Part shown: in pieces, positions 1 to 12,145 of the stretch
Layout: each line of letters begins with the position of its first letter
Position numbering within the stretch: the first letter of the stretch is position 1
Source of the DNA: Lama glama
Lineage: Eukaryota
Reading direction: 5' to 3'
NCBI GenBank assembly: GCA_028534125.1
Contig: CM052816.1
Location: forward strand, 44,332,001-44,396,000
Length of the DNA: 64,000 bases
Notes under the pieces: model-generated
What the model saw: only the letters and a program-made list of their open reading frames with translations
Told to the model about the DNA's origin: nothing
Databases searched by the model: none
Translations under genes and position numbers: made by a program

Positions 1-1804
1 AAAAAAAAAGAAATTGAAAATCTCTCCAATTAGGAATCTCTACACTCAAATCAAGAGAAGGCATATCCACATAACATTTTTGAAAGGCAGCCAGAATTTC
101 TAGCTGGGGTGATTGGTAAAGTTCTTTTCTTATATGAAATTAGTCAATAAATAGGAAGAAGTTTTATTTTTCCTTTCAAATATGTGGATAACAATAAACA
201 GTTACAAGGAACATGAATAAATAGGGGACAAGGACCCAATAAAAAGAACAAAATAAAGCCAAAAACTGATTCTAAAGAAAAGGAGTTAGTTATTTAAAAC
301 AAGTAAAAATTTTAAAAACTCTCATAAAGAGGCTCAGTGAGCTCAGGAAAATGATCCATGAGCAAAATTAGAATTTTAATAAAGAGGCAGAAAATTTTTA
401 AAAAGGACCAGAAATTTTGGAGCTGAAAGATACAATAGCTGAATTGAAATTTTTACTTGACAGGTTTAAAAGTAGATTTAATCAAGTAGAAGAAAAAGAA
501 GAAGAAAAAGAATCAATGGACTTGAATACTACTCATTTGCAATTTTTCAGTCAGAGGAACAAAAGAAAAAAAAAACAAAGAAAAAGAGAGTAAAGAAAGG
601 CTAAGGACTTATGCGGTCCATCAAACAGGCTGATATACACATTATAGTCCTAGAATGAGAGGAGAGAGAGAGAGAGAAAAAAGCAGAAAGTTTATTTTAA
701 AAAATACTGGCTGAAAACATTCCAAATTTGAGGAAGAGCAATCTAAAGAAGTCCACACCAAGACATATTATAATCAGATTACAAAAAGTCAAAGACAAAA
801 AGAGAAATTGGAAAGCAAAAAGAGAAGTGACTTATTAAATACAAAGGAATCCTCATAAGACTATAACTGAATTTCTTAGCAAGAATCTTTCATTCCAGAA
901 GGGAATGGGATGATATATTCAAAGTGCTGAACAAAAAATACTGCCTACCAAGAATATTATATCTGGCAAAACTGTGCTTCAAAAATGAAGAAGAAACAAA
1001 CACTTTTTCTAGGCAAACAAAAGCAGAGGGAGTTTATACCAGTAGACTTGTCTTGTATAAATGCTAAAGAGAGTTCTTCAAGTTGAAACAAAAGACACTA
1101 AATAACAGCACAGAAACATATGAAAATATAATGCTGACCAGTAAAGGTAAATTTATAGACAGATATAGAATACTGTATTTCTGTAATGATGGTGTGTAAT
1201 TCACTTTTAATTATGCTATAGAAGTTAAAAGACAGAAATATAAAAAAGACAGAAATATAAAATATAAAAAATATAAAAAAGATAAATATGTGTTAATAAT
1301 ACAGAATATTAAAAATGTAATTAATACCATCAAAAACATACTATGTGTGGGGGTGGGGAGTAAAAGTGTAGAGTTAATGTAAGAGATTTAAGTTCCTTTT
1401 TTAATGACCTTAAAATAGACTATTTTACTAAAAGATTTTACGATAACCACAAAAAAAAACCTGTAAAGGAAGAAAATGAGAAAGGAATCAACATATGTCA
1501 CTACAAAAACATCAATAAAACACAAAGGAAGACATCAAAAGAATAAAAAAGGGAAAAAAGGGCTAAATATAAACAGGAAATAATGAACAGAATGGCAATA
1601 CTGAGTCCTTCTATATCAATAATTAAATATAAATGGCCTAAACTCCCCAGTAAAAACACAGAGCATGGCGTAGTAAATAAAAAGCATATCCCAACCATAT
1701 GGTGTCTACAAAAGACTTTCATTAAATTTAAGGACACAGTAAGACTGAAAGTGAAAGGATGGAAAGAGATATGTCATGTCAATAGTAAGGAAAATACTAC
1801 AGGG

Positions 1805-2314
1805 AGAGGCTGTGGAGAAAGGGGAACCCTCCTACACTGCTGGTGGGAATGCAGTTTGGTGCAGCCACTATGGAAAACAGTGTGGAGATTCCTCAAAAGA
1901 CTAGGAATAGACTTACCATATGACCCAGGAATCCCACTCCTGGGCTTNNNNNNNNNNNNNNNNNNNNNNNNNNNNNNNNNNNNNNNNNNNNNNNNNNNNN
2001 NNNNNNNNNNNNNNNNNNNNNNNNNNNNNNNNNNNNNNNNNNNNNNNGGTTGCCAGGGGGGTGGAGGGTGGGAAGGGATAGATGGGATTTCAGAATTGTA
2101 GAATAGATAAAGAAGATTATACTGTATAGCACAGGGAAATATACACAAAATGTTATGGTAGCTCACAGAGAAAAAAATGTGACAATGAGTGTTTATATGT
2201 CTACGTATGACAGAAAAATTGTGCTGAACACTGGAATTTGACACAACATTGTAAAATGATTATAAATCAATAAAAAATGTTAAAAAAAAAACTTGTCCTC
2301 AAAAAAAAATAAAA
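1805..2314 (+). mobile_element. Young 5'-truncated L1 3' fragment inserted into the EN region of the old L1
   Basis: Encodes [46 protein letters not shown], near-identical to 56815-56956. Has AATAAA and an A-tail. TSD GAAAATACTA(C/T)AGGG at 1790-1804 and 2315-2329. Confidence 0.95.
1948..2047. other. Assembly gap (100 N)
   Basis: Exactly 100 consecutive N. Confidence 1.
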
Positions 2315-5300
2315 GAAAATACTATAGGGTAGCCATATTTACATTAGTCAAAATAGATTAAGTCAAAAACTGTCACATGAGACAAAGAAGGACATTATAT
2401 GATGACAAAAGGATCAATTTACCAGGATGATGTAACAATTATAAATGTAAATTTGCATATCAGAACACCTAAATATGTAGAGCAAACATTGAGGAACTGC
2501 AGGGAGAAACAGACAGCAACATAGTAATAGTAGGGTATTACTACATTCAATAATGAATAGAACATCTACACAGAAAACCAATAAGAAAACAAACTATCTG
2601 AACAACACTATAGAGCAAATATACTTAACAGAAATACATGGAGCTTTTAACCCAACATCAGTAGAATCCATAATCTTCTTAGGTACACATGGAACATTCT
2701 CTAGAATAGATCATGTTAGGTCACAAAATAAATATTAATATATTTAAGAATATTGAAATTACACTAAATATCTTTTCCAACCACAATGGAATTAAACTAG
2801 AAATCAATGGAAAGAAAACTACAAAATTTATAAATATGTGGAAACTAAACAACACACACTTGAACAACCAATAAGTCAAAGAATAAATCAAAAAGAATAT
2901 TAAAATATCTAGAGACAAACAAAAATGAAAGCATAACGTATCAAACATTTGTGATGTATCAAAAGCAATACTAAAAGGGAAGTTCATAGCAATAAAAACT
3001 ACATTAAAAAGATCTCAAATAAGCAACCTAATTGTACACAACAAGGAGCCAGAAAAGATGACCAAACTAAGCCCAAAGGCAGCAGAAAAAGGGAATAAAA
3101 AAGAAAACTAAATAGAAACTAGAAAAAAAAAAAGGAAAAACATCAATAAAGTTGAGTTCTTTTAAAGATCAAAATTAACAAAACTTTAGCTAGACTAAGA
3201 AAAAGACGAATCAGAAATTAAAGAAAAGACATGATAACTGATGCCACAGAAATAAAAAGGATCATAAAGCGTACTATGAAAAAGTGTACACCACAAAATC
3301 AGTTAACCTAGGAGAAATGGATAAACTTCTAGAAACATAAAGTCTACAAATACTGAATCATGAAAACACAGAAAAACTGTACAGACCAATAAAGAGTAAA
3401 AAGACTGAATCGTACTAAAAAACCTCCCAAAAAAGTCCAGGACAAGCTGGTAAATTCTACCAAATATTTGAAGAAGAATAGTGCAAAGTCTAGTCAAAGT
3501 CTTTCAAAAACAATTGTAGAGGAAGGAACAAATTCAAACTCGTGTATGAGGTCAGAATTATCCTGATGCTATAGCCAGAAAAAGACACTACTGAAACCAA
3601 CAAACAAAACCTAATGGGCCAATATCTCTAATGAACATAAACATAAAAGTCTTCTGCAGATTACTAGCAAACCAAATTCAAAAGCAAATTAAAAGGATCA
3701 TACAACATAAGCAAGTGGGATTTTTCACTGGGATGTAAAGATGATTCAACATATGAAAATAAATCTATGTGATACAATATATTAACAGAATAAAGAATAA
3801 AAATTAAAGAAGAAAAAATTATTAAACAAAATTCATGACTTGTCATGATAAAAATCTCAACAAGCTAGGAATAAAAAGAAAATACCTTAACTTAATAAAG
3901 GCCATATATGAATAGCTCACAGCTTACATAATTCATGGTGAAAAACTGAAAGCTTTTTCCTCTAAGATCAGAAACTAGGCAAGGATGACCACTCTCACAA
4001 GTTATACTGAGCATAGTACCAGAAGTCCTAGCCAGAGCAATTAGGAAATAAAAAAGAAAGAAAGACATCCAAGTCAGAAAGTAAGAATTAAACTTTACTC
4101 ATCTATGACATGATCTTCTATATAGAAAACCCTAAAGGTTCTATAAGAAAAAAAAGAAAAAAAAACCTATTAGAATTAACAAAAAATTCAGTGAAATTTT
4201 AGGCTATAAAGTCAATATACAAAAATCAGTTCTGTTTCTATACACCAGCAATGAACTATCCAAAAGAAAATTAAGAAAACAATTACATTTAAAATATCAT
4301 GCTAAGGAATAAAATACTTAAGAATAAGCTCAACTAAGAAGGTGTAAGACCTGTACACTTAACACTAAATAACATTGCTGAAAGAAGTAAAAAAAGATAC
4401 AAACAAATGGAAAGATTTCCTGTGCTAGTGGACTTGAAGAGTTAATGTTGTTAAAATGTCTGTACCACCCAGAGTAATATACAGGTTCAATACAATTCCT
4501 CTCCAAATTCCAATGGCATTGTTATAGAAATAGAAAAAACAATCCTAAAATTTATATGAAACTAAAAGGACCCTGAATAGTGAAAATAATCTTGAAAAAG
4601 AAGAACAAAGATGGAGACTTCCACTTTTTAACTTAAAAGCACATTACAAAGCTGTACTAATCAAAACAGCACAGTACTGGATAAAGACATACATATCAAT
4701 GGAATGGCATAGAGAGCCCACAGATAAATCCAGGCATATATAATCAGCTTATCTTTGACAAGTGTGCCAAGAATACACAGTGGGGAAAGAATAGTCTCTT
4801 CAACAAATGGTATTGAGAAAACTAGATATCTACATACAAAACAGTGAAATTGTACCCTAACTTCACACAAAAATGAACTCAAAATTAAAGACATAAACCT
4901 AAGACTCAAAATGATAAAACTCCTAGAAGGAAACATAGGAGAAAACGATGATATTGACATTGGTCTTGGCAATGATTTCTTGGATATGACACCAAAACCT
5001 CAGTTTACAAAAGCAAAAATTGACAGGTAGGACTATATCAAACTTAAAAACTTCTGTAGAGGAAAGCAAATAATCAACAGAGTGAAAGGAAACCTATGGA
5101 ACTATATATCTGATAAGGGGTTAATACCTAAAATATATAAGAAACTCATACAGCTCTACAGCAAAAGACAATCTGATTTTTAAAATAGGCAAATGACTTG
5201 AATGCACATTGCTCCAAAGAAGACATATAAATGGCACACAGGTATATAAAAAGATGCTCTATACAACTAATCGTCAGAAAATGCAAATCAAAGCCAAAAT

Positions 5301-6329
5301 GAGATATCACGTCACACTTGTTAGAATGGCCATTATACAAAACCAAGACAAAAACAAAAAGAACCAGAAAATAAGTGTAAACGAGGACGTGGAGAAACAG
5401 GAACCCATTGCGCACTGTTGGTGAGAATGTAAGATGGTGCAGCTGCGATGGAAAGCAGTATGGTGGTTTTTCAAAAATCTTTAAATTTTAAAATTTTAGA
5501 AGTATCATATGATCCAGAAATCCCTCTTCTGGGTATTAATCCAAAAGAATTAAAATCAGGATCTCAAAGAAATATTTTCACTCCTATGTTCATTGAAACA
5601 TTATTTACAGTAGCTAAATGAGGTGGAAACAATCTAAAGGTCAATTGATTGATGACGGATAAAGGAAATGCGGTATATAACCGCCGTGGAAGATTATTCA
5701 GCCATATACAAAAACAAATCCTGTAATACACTGCAACACAGATGAACCTTGAGAATATTATGCTAAAGGAAATAAGCCAGTCACAAAAGGACAAATACTC
5801 CATGATTCCACTTAAAATGAGGTATCTGAAGTAGTCAAATTCATCCAAGCAAGAAATAGCTTGGGGGTTGCCTGGTTGGTGGGGGAGGGGAACTGGGGGT
5901 TGTCAAATGGATATAAAGTTTCAGTCATTCCACATGAAAAAGTTTGAGATCTGCTGTACTACATTGTGCTTGCAGTTAACAATAAATACTATATTGTACA
6001 CTCACAAATGTGTTAAGAAGGTAGATCTCACGTTATGTATTTTTTAGCACAGTTATAAACAAAGAAAAAATGTCTCTCTATTCCTTCCAGATACACAGAG
6101 AACATTGGATGCCATTTAAAGGCAGAATGTAACATTGCAAAAAGTGTTTTATATACACTTCCTTCACAACTGTCTCACAGTGAAGGATAAAGTCATGAGG
6201 AACATGAGGTAGGATAAATCTCCAGGATTTGCTGAGCTTTCTTCTAACTCTTGAAGCCACTTCAATAACTGCACACATTGTAAGTTTTTACAATAAAGAA
6301 TTTCTACACTTATTCAAAGTGTCCACACT

Positions 6330-6690
6330 CCTCCTCACTTATGCTCCAGCCACACTGGCCATTTTTCAGCTCACCAAAGTGCAACTTCTGATCTTAAGAC
6401 ATTTGCATGCGATCCTTCTGCCTAGAAAGCTTTTACCCCATTCCTAACTTTTGCTCCTTCATCTGGTCTGGTCTCAGGGTTTACTGTGAAAAGACTGTCT
6501 AGATCATCCACTCTGTATTGTCCTCCTTGTTACTTTTATTTTACTTTGTTGTTTTCCTTATCACAATTTATAGCTGTGTATGTTTATTAATGTATTGATT
6601 TCTGTTCCCTCAGCCAGGCTGTAAATTTCGTGAAGGTCAGATACAGATTACTTTTTGTTCTTGTTTTCTTTTTTCATCTCCAGATTTTCA
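6330..6690 (+). mobile_element. L2 3' fragment
   Basis: CTCCAGCCACACTGGCC...CTGCCTAGAAAGCT...GCTGTAAATTTCGTGAAGGTCAG resembles the L2 3' consensus. Confidence 0.6.
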
Positions 6691-6705
6691 GCATATGAAA
6701 TGAAG

Positions 6706-7159
6706 AAGTGTTTCTCAAACTTCAATGTGCATAAGAACTTCCTAGGGTTCTTTTTTTCAGCTTTACTGAGGTGTAATTAACAATTAAAATTGTAAGGTAT
6801 TTAAAGTGTACATCGTGATAATTTGATATACATTGTAAAAGGGTTTACTCCATCTAATTAATTAACACATCCATCACTTTACGTATTTATTTTTTTCTTT
6901 GTCTTTTGGTGAGAACATCTAAGTTCTACTCTCTTAGCAAATTTCAGGTATACAATACAGTGTTATCGATTATACTCAAAGGTTATATGTTAGATCCTCA
7001 CACCTTATTAATCCTACAGCTGAAAGAACTCAGTTCTTATTATAACGCAGATTCTGATTCAGTAGGTCTAGGGTAAGGTCCTAAATTCTGCATTACTCAC
7101 AAGCTCCAAGCAAATGCTGGCTGGTCTGCAGTGCTAAGGACCACAAATTGAGAAGCAAG
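6706..7159 (-). mobile_element. MER5A1-like hAT-Charlie MITE, split by an L1 fragment
   Basis: AGTGTTTCTCAAACTTCAATGTGCAT... resumes as GCAGATTCTGATTCAGTAGGTCTAGGG...GGACCACAAATTGAGAAGCAAG. Confidence 0.8.
6751..7026 (-). mobile_element. L1MA-type 3'UTR fragment nested in MER5A1
   Basis: T-run followed by CAGCTTTACTGAGGTGTAATT...TTCTACTCTCTTAGCAAATTTCAGGTATACAATACAG, the reverse complement of an L1MA 3' end. Confidence 0.85.
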
Positions 7160-7624
7160 AATCCAGTGCATTGAAATGATTAAATCAATGTATCTTGACT
7201 GTATTAATGATAGTGAATAAAGGAGGGCAGGAAGGATACCACAACCAATTCTAATCTCAAGAATATAATCAAGAAAGTTGATGGTTTTAATTTCACATTC
7301 ACTAATTATGCATTTGTAATAAAATCATGGCCAAGATTTTTTTCGATTACTAGCTTTGACACTATGTAGCTCCAAGCAGCAATAATACTTAGGTCCAAAA
7401 AATGATTCAGCAGAAGTTATTTTTATAGTATCTTGAAGAGAAGAACAGTTTGGGAACAATACACTGTTTGTGTTGCCCTCTTAAATCAGGCCATACTATT
7501 ACCTGATCTAATTTTGACCACAACTAGAAATTAACTTAAAATTTTTAAAGGGTTAATCCCTTATTTAGCTTCCTAAGAATCTGTCAAAATTAAGATTGCC
7601 AATTTTCACTTAATGTTTCCTGGG

Positions 7625-8150
7625 TGAATAAATAAATAAGCACCTATTCTGTGCCAGAAAGTATTAGTGGTTAAAAATATATGGATTAGTAGAAGACAGT
7701 TTGTAACTTTTATAAGGTTTCAGTCAAAAGAGGGGAGGTATAACATAACACAGTCCCAACCTTTTATAGCAGTATGAATAACGTACCCCAGGAGTGACAG
7801 GGAAAGAAGAATTTACCTATGACTGGAGAGGTCAAGAGCTTTGTGAAAGAAATCACATTTAACTTGAGTTTTTAAGAATGACTCAGAGTCATTTTTAAGA
7901 ATGACGGTTAAGAATGACTCAGAGTCATTCTTAAAAAATGACTGGACAAGGTTATGGAAATGCCATGACACAGAGGGAAAAAAATGTAGTGAAACAGAAA
8001 ACAAGGCCACAAAACCCAGGGTGCATTGTGAAAGTATAAAGCCTGGGGATAGCAGGAGTGGGTGTGCCAAGGAGACTGGTAAGGCTCAGAACATGGAGAA
8101 TCGTTTGGTTCACGTGAGACTTTTGGGATCATATCTTGCAAGTGATTAGT
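7625..8150 (-). mobile_element. L2 fragment containing a quasi-palindromic duplication
   Basis: AATAAATAAGCACCTATTCTGTGCCAG start and purine-rich body typical of antisense L2. Confidence 0.5.
7869..7943. repeat. Compound direct/inverted repeat of AAGAATGACTC
   Basis: Perfect 13-bp-arm palindrome TTAAGAATGACTC-A-GAGTCATTCTTAA at 7908-7934, with a near-identical copy at 7872-7898. Confidence 0.95.
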
Positions 8151-8621
8151 TTTCAACATGTGTTTCTGTACAGCACATATGACAGATGATATTTACATCC
8201 AAGACTCAATGCCATGGGCAGAGTCAAGGTTACTGTAATTCCTTGCACTCAGTCTATGCTGGTCCTTTACCATGTAACATAAAAGATCATATTTAAAATT
8301 AAGCAAGTGGAAACGTAGGATTATTACAACTTTTCTTCTCCGCAGTTGATTTCATGAAGTCAGCCATTCACAAAAATGTTCATGATACACATCTGAGCCT
8401 AATACATCACATCACGATACCATTAACACCATGGTGTTCTAGGTTATTGCTGTCTTGAAAATAAGGATTCACGAAAGATCTTAGGTAAGATTGTGCATGA
8501 TCATGTTATTTTAAAGAAAGGACACTTTGGTGGCAGTGAGGAAAATTAATTGGTAAGTAGAAGAGTGGAATAGGGACCATTATTCAGCAATTATCAACAT
8601 CGATGGGACACATTTCCCTAG

Positions 8622-9010
8622 AGTGGTATGGCAGACCCCAGGAATTGACCAGCTCCATTTCTGTTTCCAATCTCTTTCTCTTTTTCCTTACTCCACTGTA
8701 GTAGGTAATAAAAACAATACCCCCTTAATTTGTCTCCTCTGCAATGAGCAGGGGGCGTGCAACAGTTCAGGCCAGTAACATGTAAACATTAGTCTGACCA
8801 GGACTTCTGGGAGGCCTTTCTTCATTCAAAGGACATTCTATTGGTGTTCCCATTCGCCTATTCTTCCGGCCTTGAATAAGGAGGTGATTCCTGAAGTGGC
8901 CTAACAACTTTGTATCCATAACTTCTAAGAAAGTTCCTGAATGTTGACATCCTTGAAAACTGAACTATTTAAATGATTACATGTTGAGTTCCTTGTTCCT
9001 TGCACATAAT
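8622..9010 (+). mobile_element. Old MaLR (MLT1-like) LTR
   Basis: CAGTTCAGGCCAGTAACATGTAA...GGACTTCTGGGAGGCCTTT...CTTCCGGCCTTGAAT resembles late MLT1 LTRs; heavily decayed. Confidence 0.45.
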
Positions 9011-9779
9011 GGGAGATATTTCTGGATAACAAAGTGGGGCTTTTTCAAGCTATATTAAACTCCCATGTGTGGGGTGTTCTGGTGTATTCCTTTCCCATTC
9101 TAGAGAGACATCCTTTATTGTAAATCATTGTTTGAATGACCCACTGTTATTGATGGCAGCGTGTTCTATCTCTCAGTGGTGACGGGATAGGGGTAAAAAT
9201 GCTCAGAAATCATTTGTTGCAAGGGTTTTAGAATAAACCAGGTAAAATAGAAAAAAGGGCAACTCTGCAGCAATAGGAGTGAGGACGCAAAGAAGGGAAA
9301 TAAAACGAAGCAGTAAATATTGGGAGGAATAAAAGAAATATAGTATTGGGTCCGGAAACTATAGAATTTAAGACATCTGTGGAATATCAATAGGTAATGT
9401 TCAGTAATCTTTGGGGAATATGATTCTGAAGCCATGAGAGATATTAGACACTCATATGCTGATGTGAAAATCATCATTTTATATAGGTCAGGAAAGTTAA
9501 GCTTACAGTCCATTGTCCAAATAATTTCCAAATGAATCTACAGTTTAGTTTTAGCATATTTGAAAAACTGAATAGGCAAACATTTATGGATGCTCATCTA
9601 CCAATAGGGAATTTTAGAACTGGGTGTAAATATGGAAAAGTTCAGTTCACTTGCCATATATACAATACCTATAATAAAATCAGAATGATTTTACTAATTT
9701 ATTGGGTAAAAGAGACATTATGTGTTTCCACCAGCACTGATCTATGAAGTGTATAAATGAGGTTCAGCTGTATGTTCAT

Positions 9780-10240
9780 ATATCTATTAAACAAATAAAT
9801 TTACAGTTGAATAATAAATATAAATACCGATCAAATAATCACCTAATACAAAATTACAACTATGATAACCATGAAGGAGGTGATTTAGGAATATGGTGCT
9901 TTGAAATGAGAGCCTATTTTAAGTAATTTGATCTCTGAGAGACATGAGATAGTACTTGTTTGGGAAATTTAAAAATTGGCCAAGACCTAAAAGATGGGTA
10001 AGAGTTAAAAAACTGGGGTGCAGTATGGAGAGTCCTAGACATAGAAGACATACCTGCAAATGCCTTGTAGTGGGAGGGAACAGGGAAATGAGAGAAACAC
10101 AGAGAGCCACAAGGACTGTCATGCAGTTAAGTCTAGAAAAGTTAGTGATGGCTACATGGCTTGGGATTTTGTGGGCTTGTTAGAACACCTGCTCTTATCC
10201 TATAGTGTTGGAGAAACAATTAAATGTTTTTAAGCATTAG
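9780..10240 (-). mobile_element. L2 fragment
   Basis: AAAATTACAACTATGATAACCATGAAGGAG...GCAAATGCCTTGTAGTGGGAGGGAAC...TTTTAAGCA resembles antisense L2. Confidence 0.55.
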
Positions 10241-10290
10241 TCAAGACTGAATTCCCTTCATGTTCCTGCCCTAAATCATTCTTAGTATGT

Positions 10291-10292
10291 AA

Positions 10293-10324
<32 letters not shown>
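10291..10324. repeat. A-run plus (AT)n microsatellite
   Basis: A11 followed by ~11 TA units. Confidence 0.95.
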
Positions 10325-10325
<1 letters not shown>

Positions 10326-10859
10326 TAAAAACTACAATTTTGCAAACAACATATATATTGAAGACTATAAACAGGAAGAAAAAAGTCATTGTTTATTTTA
10401 ATTATCACATTGGTAAGTCATGGGAATTAAGGATCAAAAATACGTTACTGAGAGTCAAAATAATTTTGAACCTAAATTCTCTTTTGCGTTTAAAGATGGA
10501 TAAGTTTAGGAGGAAACTAAACTTTGCAGAAACTGAAATATCATGCATGTACAGTACAGTAGAGTACTAAATTTGATTCAACAGCCCTAATTTCTTTCTT
10601 CTTTTGTTTTGGCCTATGAGGTCCCCCTTACACGTACATCAAAACAAGAGAAAAGAGTTAAATATATTACATGACAAAATTATAATTTATTTGCAAATAT
10701 TCATTGTTGATTCTGTTAGCCAGTTAAATTATCAGCAAATATTGACAACTTGTTCCCTTCAATTCATGTCTCACATTTCCTCACATTGGAGAGAGCAATC
10801 CTGACCACTGCTCTAACAATGATGTTAGAGGACTTAATTTCTTATCTCTAGTGAATAGG

Positions 10860-11130
10860 ACTACATGACAACTTGCATCTCAGTGTGATGCTAGCTGCTG
10901 GTTTCCAATATATACTCTTGATCAAATTAAGGATGTATATTCTGTGCTTCGTTGACTAAGAGTTTGCATCAAAAATGAATGTTAATTTTGTCAAGTATCT
11001 TTTGCTTATCTGTCCAGATGATGATTTGGTTTTTCTCTGAGACATTTTGATGAGAGAAATTCTGTTGATAAAATTCCGTTGATAAATTTCCTATTACTGA
11101 ACCATCCTTGCACTTCTAGAATAAAACTTA
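10860..11130 (-). mobile_element. Old L1 ORF2 (RT region) fragment
   Basis: GTGTGATGCTAGCTGCTGGTTT...TGAACCATCCTTGCACTTCTAGAATAAAA is the antisense of the L1 'GFIPGMQGWFN' region. Confidence 0.75.
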
Positions 11131-11994
11131 AATAAGAAAAAAAATTTAAGAGAGTAACAAAAAATAAAAAAGACATCCATGTCCAAGATGAAATGAGGCA
11201 TAAAGTAAAAATGGTCACACCAGCATATCTGAAGACACAGTCAGGGAGTGGGGCAAGGAGGAGCGAACTAATTCAGGAAGTGGAAATACCAACTTCTATA
11301 CCGAGTCTAAACAGCAGGAGCATTGCTTCTTTGCACCTATAGTTTGGTAAACTAAAATTGAAAAAATGATAATATATGAATTAAATTTTAACAAATTGAC
11401 TTGAAAATGTTGTATCATAGCATCCTAGTAAACTCTACTCTAGGAATGATACAGTGCAAGTACCCTACTTGTAAAAAAGCTCAAGTTCAATGGAAGAAGA
11501 GATTTTGGAAAAAAGAGAAAATGGAAAGAAACAAAGTGACAATTATAGCAGATGTATCATGAGCATGAATGATTATCTAAGTGTCAGTGTGTTTATTTAT
11601 AGAACATTATTTCAGAATGAATGTGAATTGCCAAACACCTCTTTAATCAGTAGATCTTCAAGAAGAACTGGTAGATCAGTTATTCCTACCAAAATCACCC
11701 ATGGAATTTAGATGTGGAATTATATGAATTATTTGGTTGGTTGTCTAAATACTGGCAATGTTTTGTCACTCTCATTTATGAAACTGATGAAAAATAACTC
11801 TGAATCCAATGATAACCTCAAGCTAGTCTGATTTTGAGATATGTCTGAATTGAGATATATCACACAGTTTGTAATAGTTCAGCTTATCTGTTGAAGTAGT
11901 CTTTCAAATTTTCTCCACATTGCTTATTGACCACCAGAAGAGCGTCTCTCTATATCTTTATATGTGCACAGAAAAAATTAAAATAATAGTTTTG

Positions 11995-12145
11995 TCACAT
12001 TTTATACATAATATTATCTCCTATAATTCTCACAATCATACTTTGAGGTATGCTTTTTCCCACTTTACACAAGGGAATAAGACTGAGAAAGATGAGTAAC
12101 TGCCCAAGTTCACAGACCCGGTAAACAGTAGAAGCTGAATTTGTG
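11995..12145 (-). mobile_element. MIR SINE
   Basis: CCCACTTTACAC...GACTGAGAAAGATGAGTAACTGCCCAAGTTCACAG, the antisense MIR core. Confidence 0.75.

Larger units (their letters stand above)
1..6070 (+). mobile_element. Old, decayed near-full-length LINE-1 (L1MA/L1MB-like); 5' end probably continues outside the window
   Basis: ORF1-like remnant ~190-1100. ORF2 EN start MAILSPSISII...CLQKTFIKFKDTVRLKVKGWKEI at 1583-1790, then RT and C-terminal remnants to ~5820. L1MA/MB-type 3'UTR ends in an A-rich tail at ~6070. Many stops and frameshifts. Confidence 0.95.

Noticed and set aside
1227..1260. 17-bp perfect tandem duplication (similar small ones near 15498-15543, 33200-33255 and 47886-47909)
   Set aside because: Common slippage events with no sign of function.
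1583..2101. 172-aa ORF fusing EN and C-terminal motifs
   Set aside because: Chance read-through across a nested L1 junction and an N gap.
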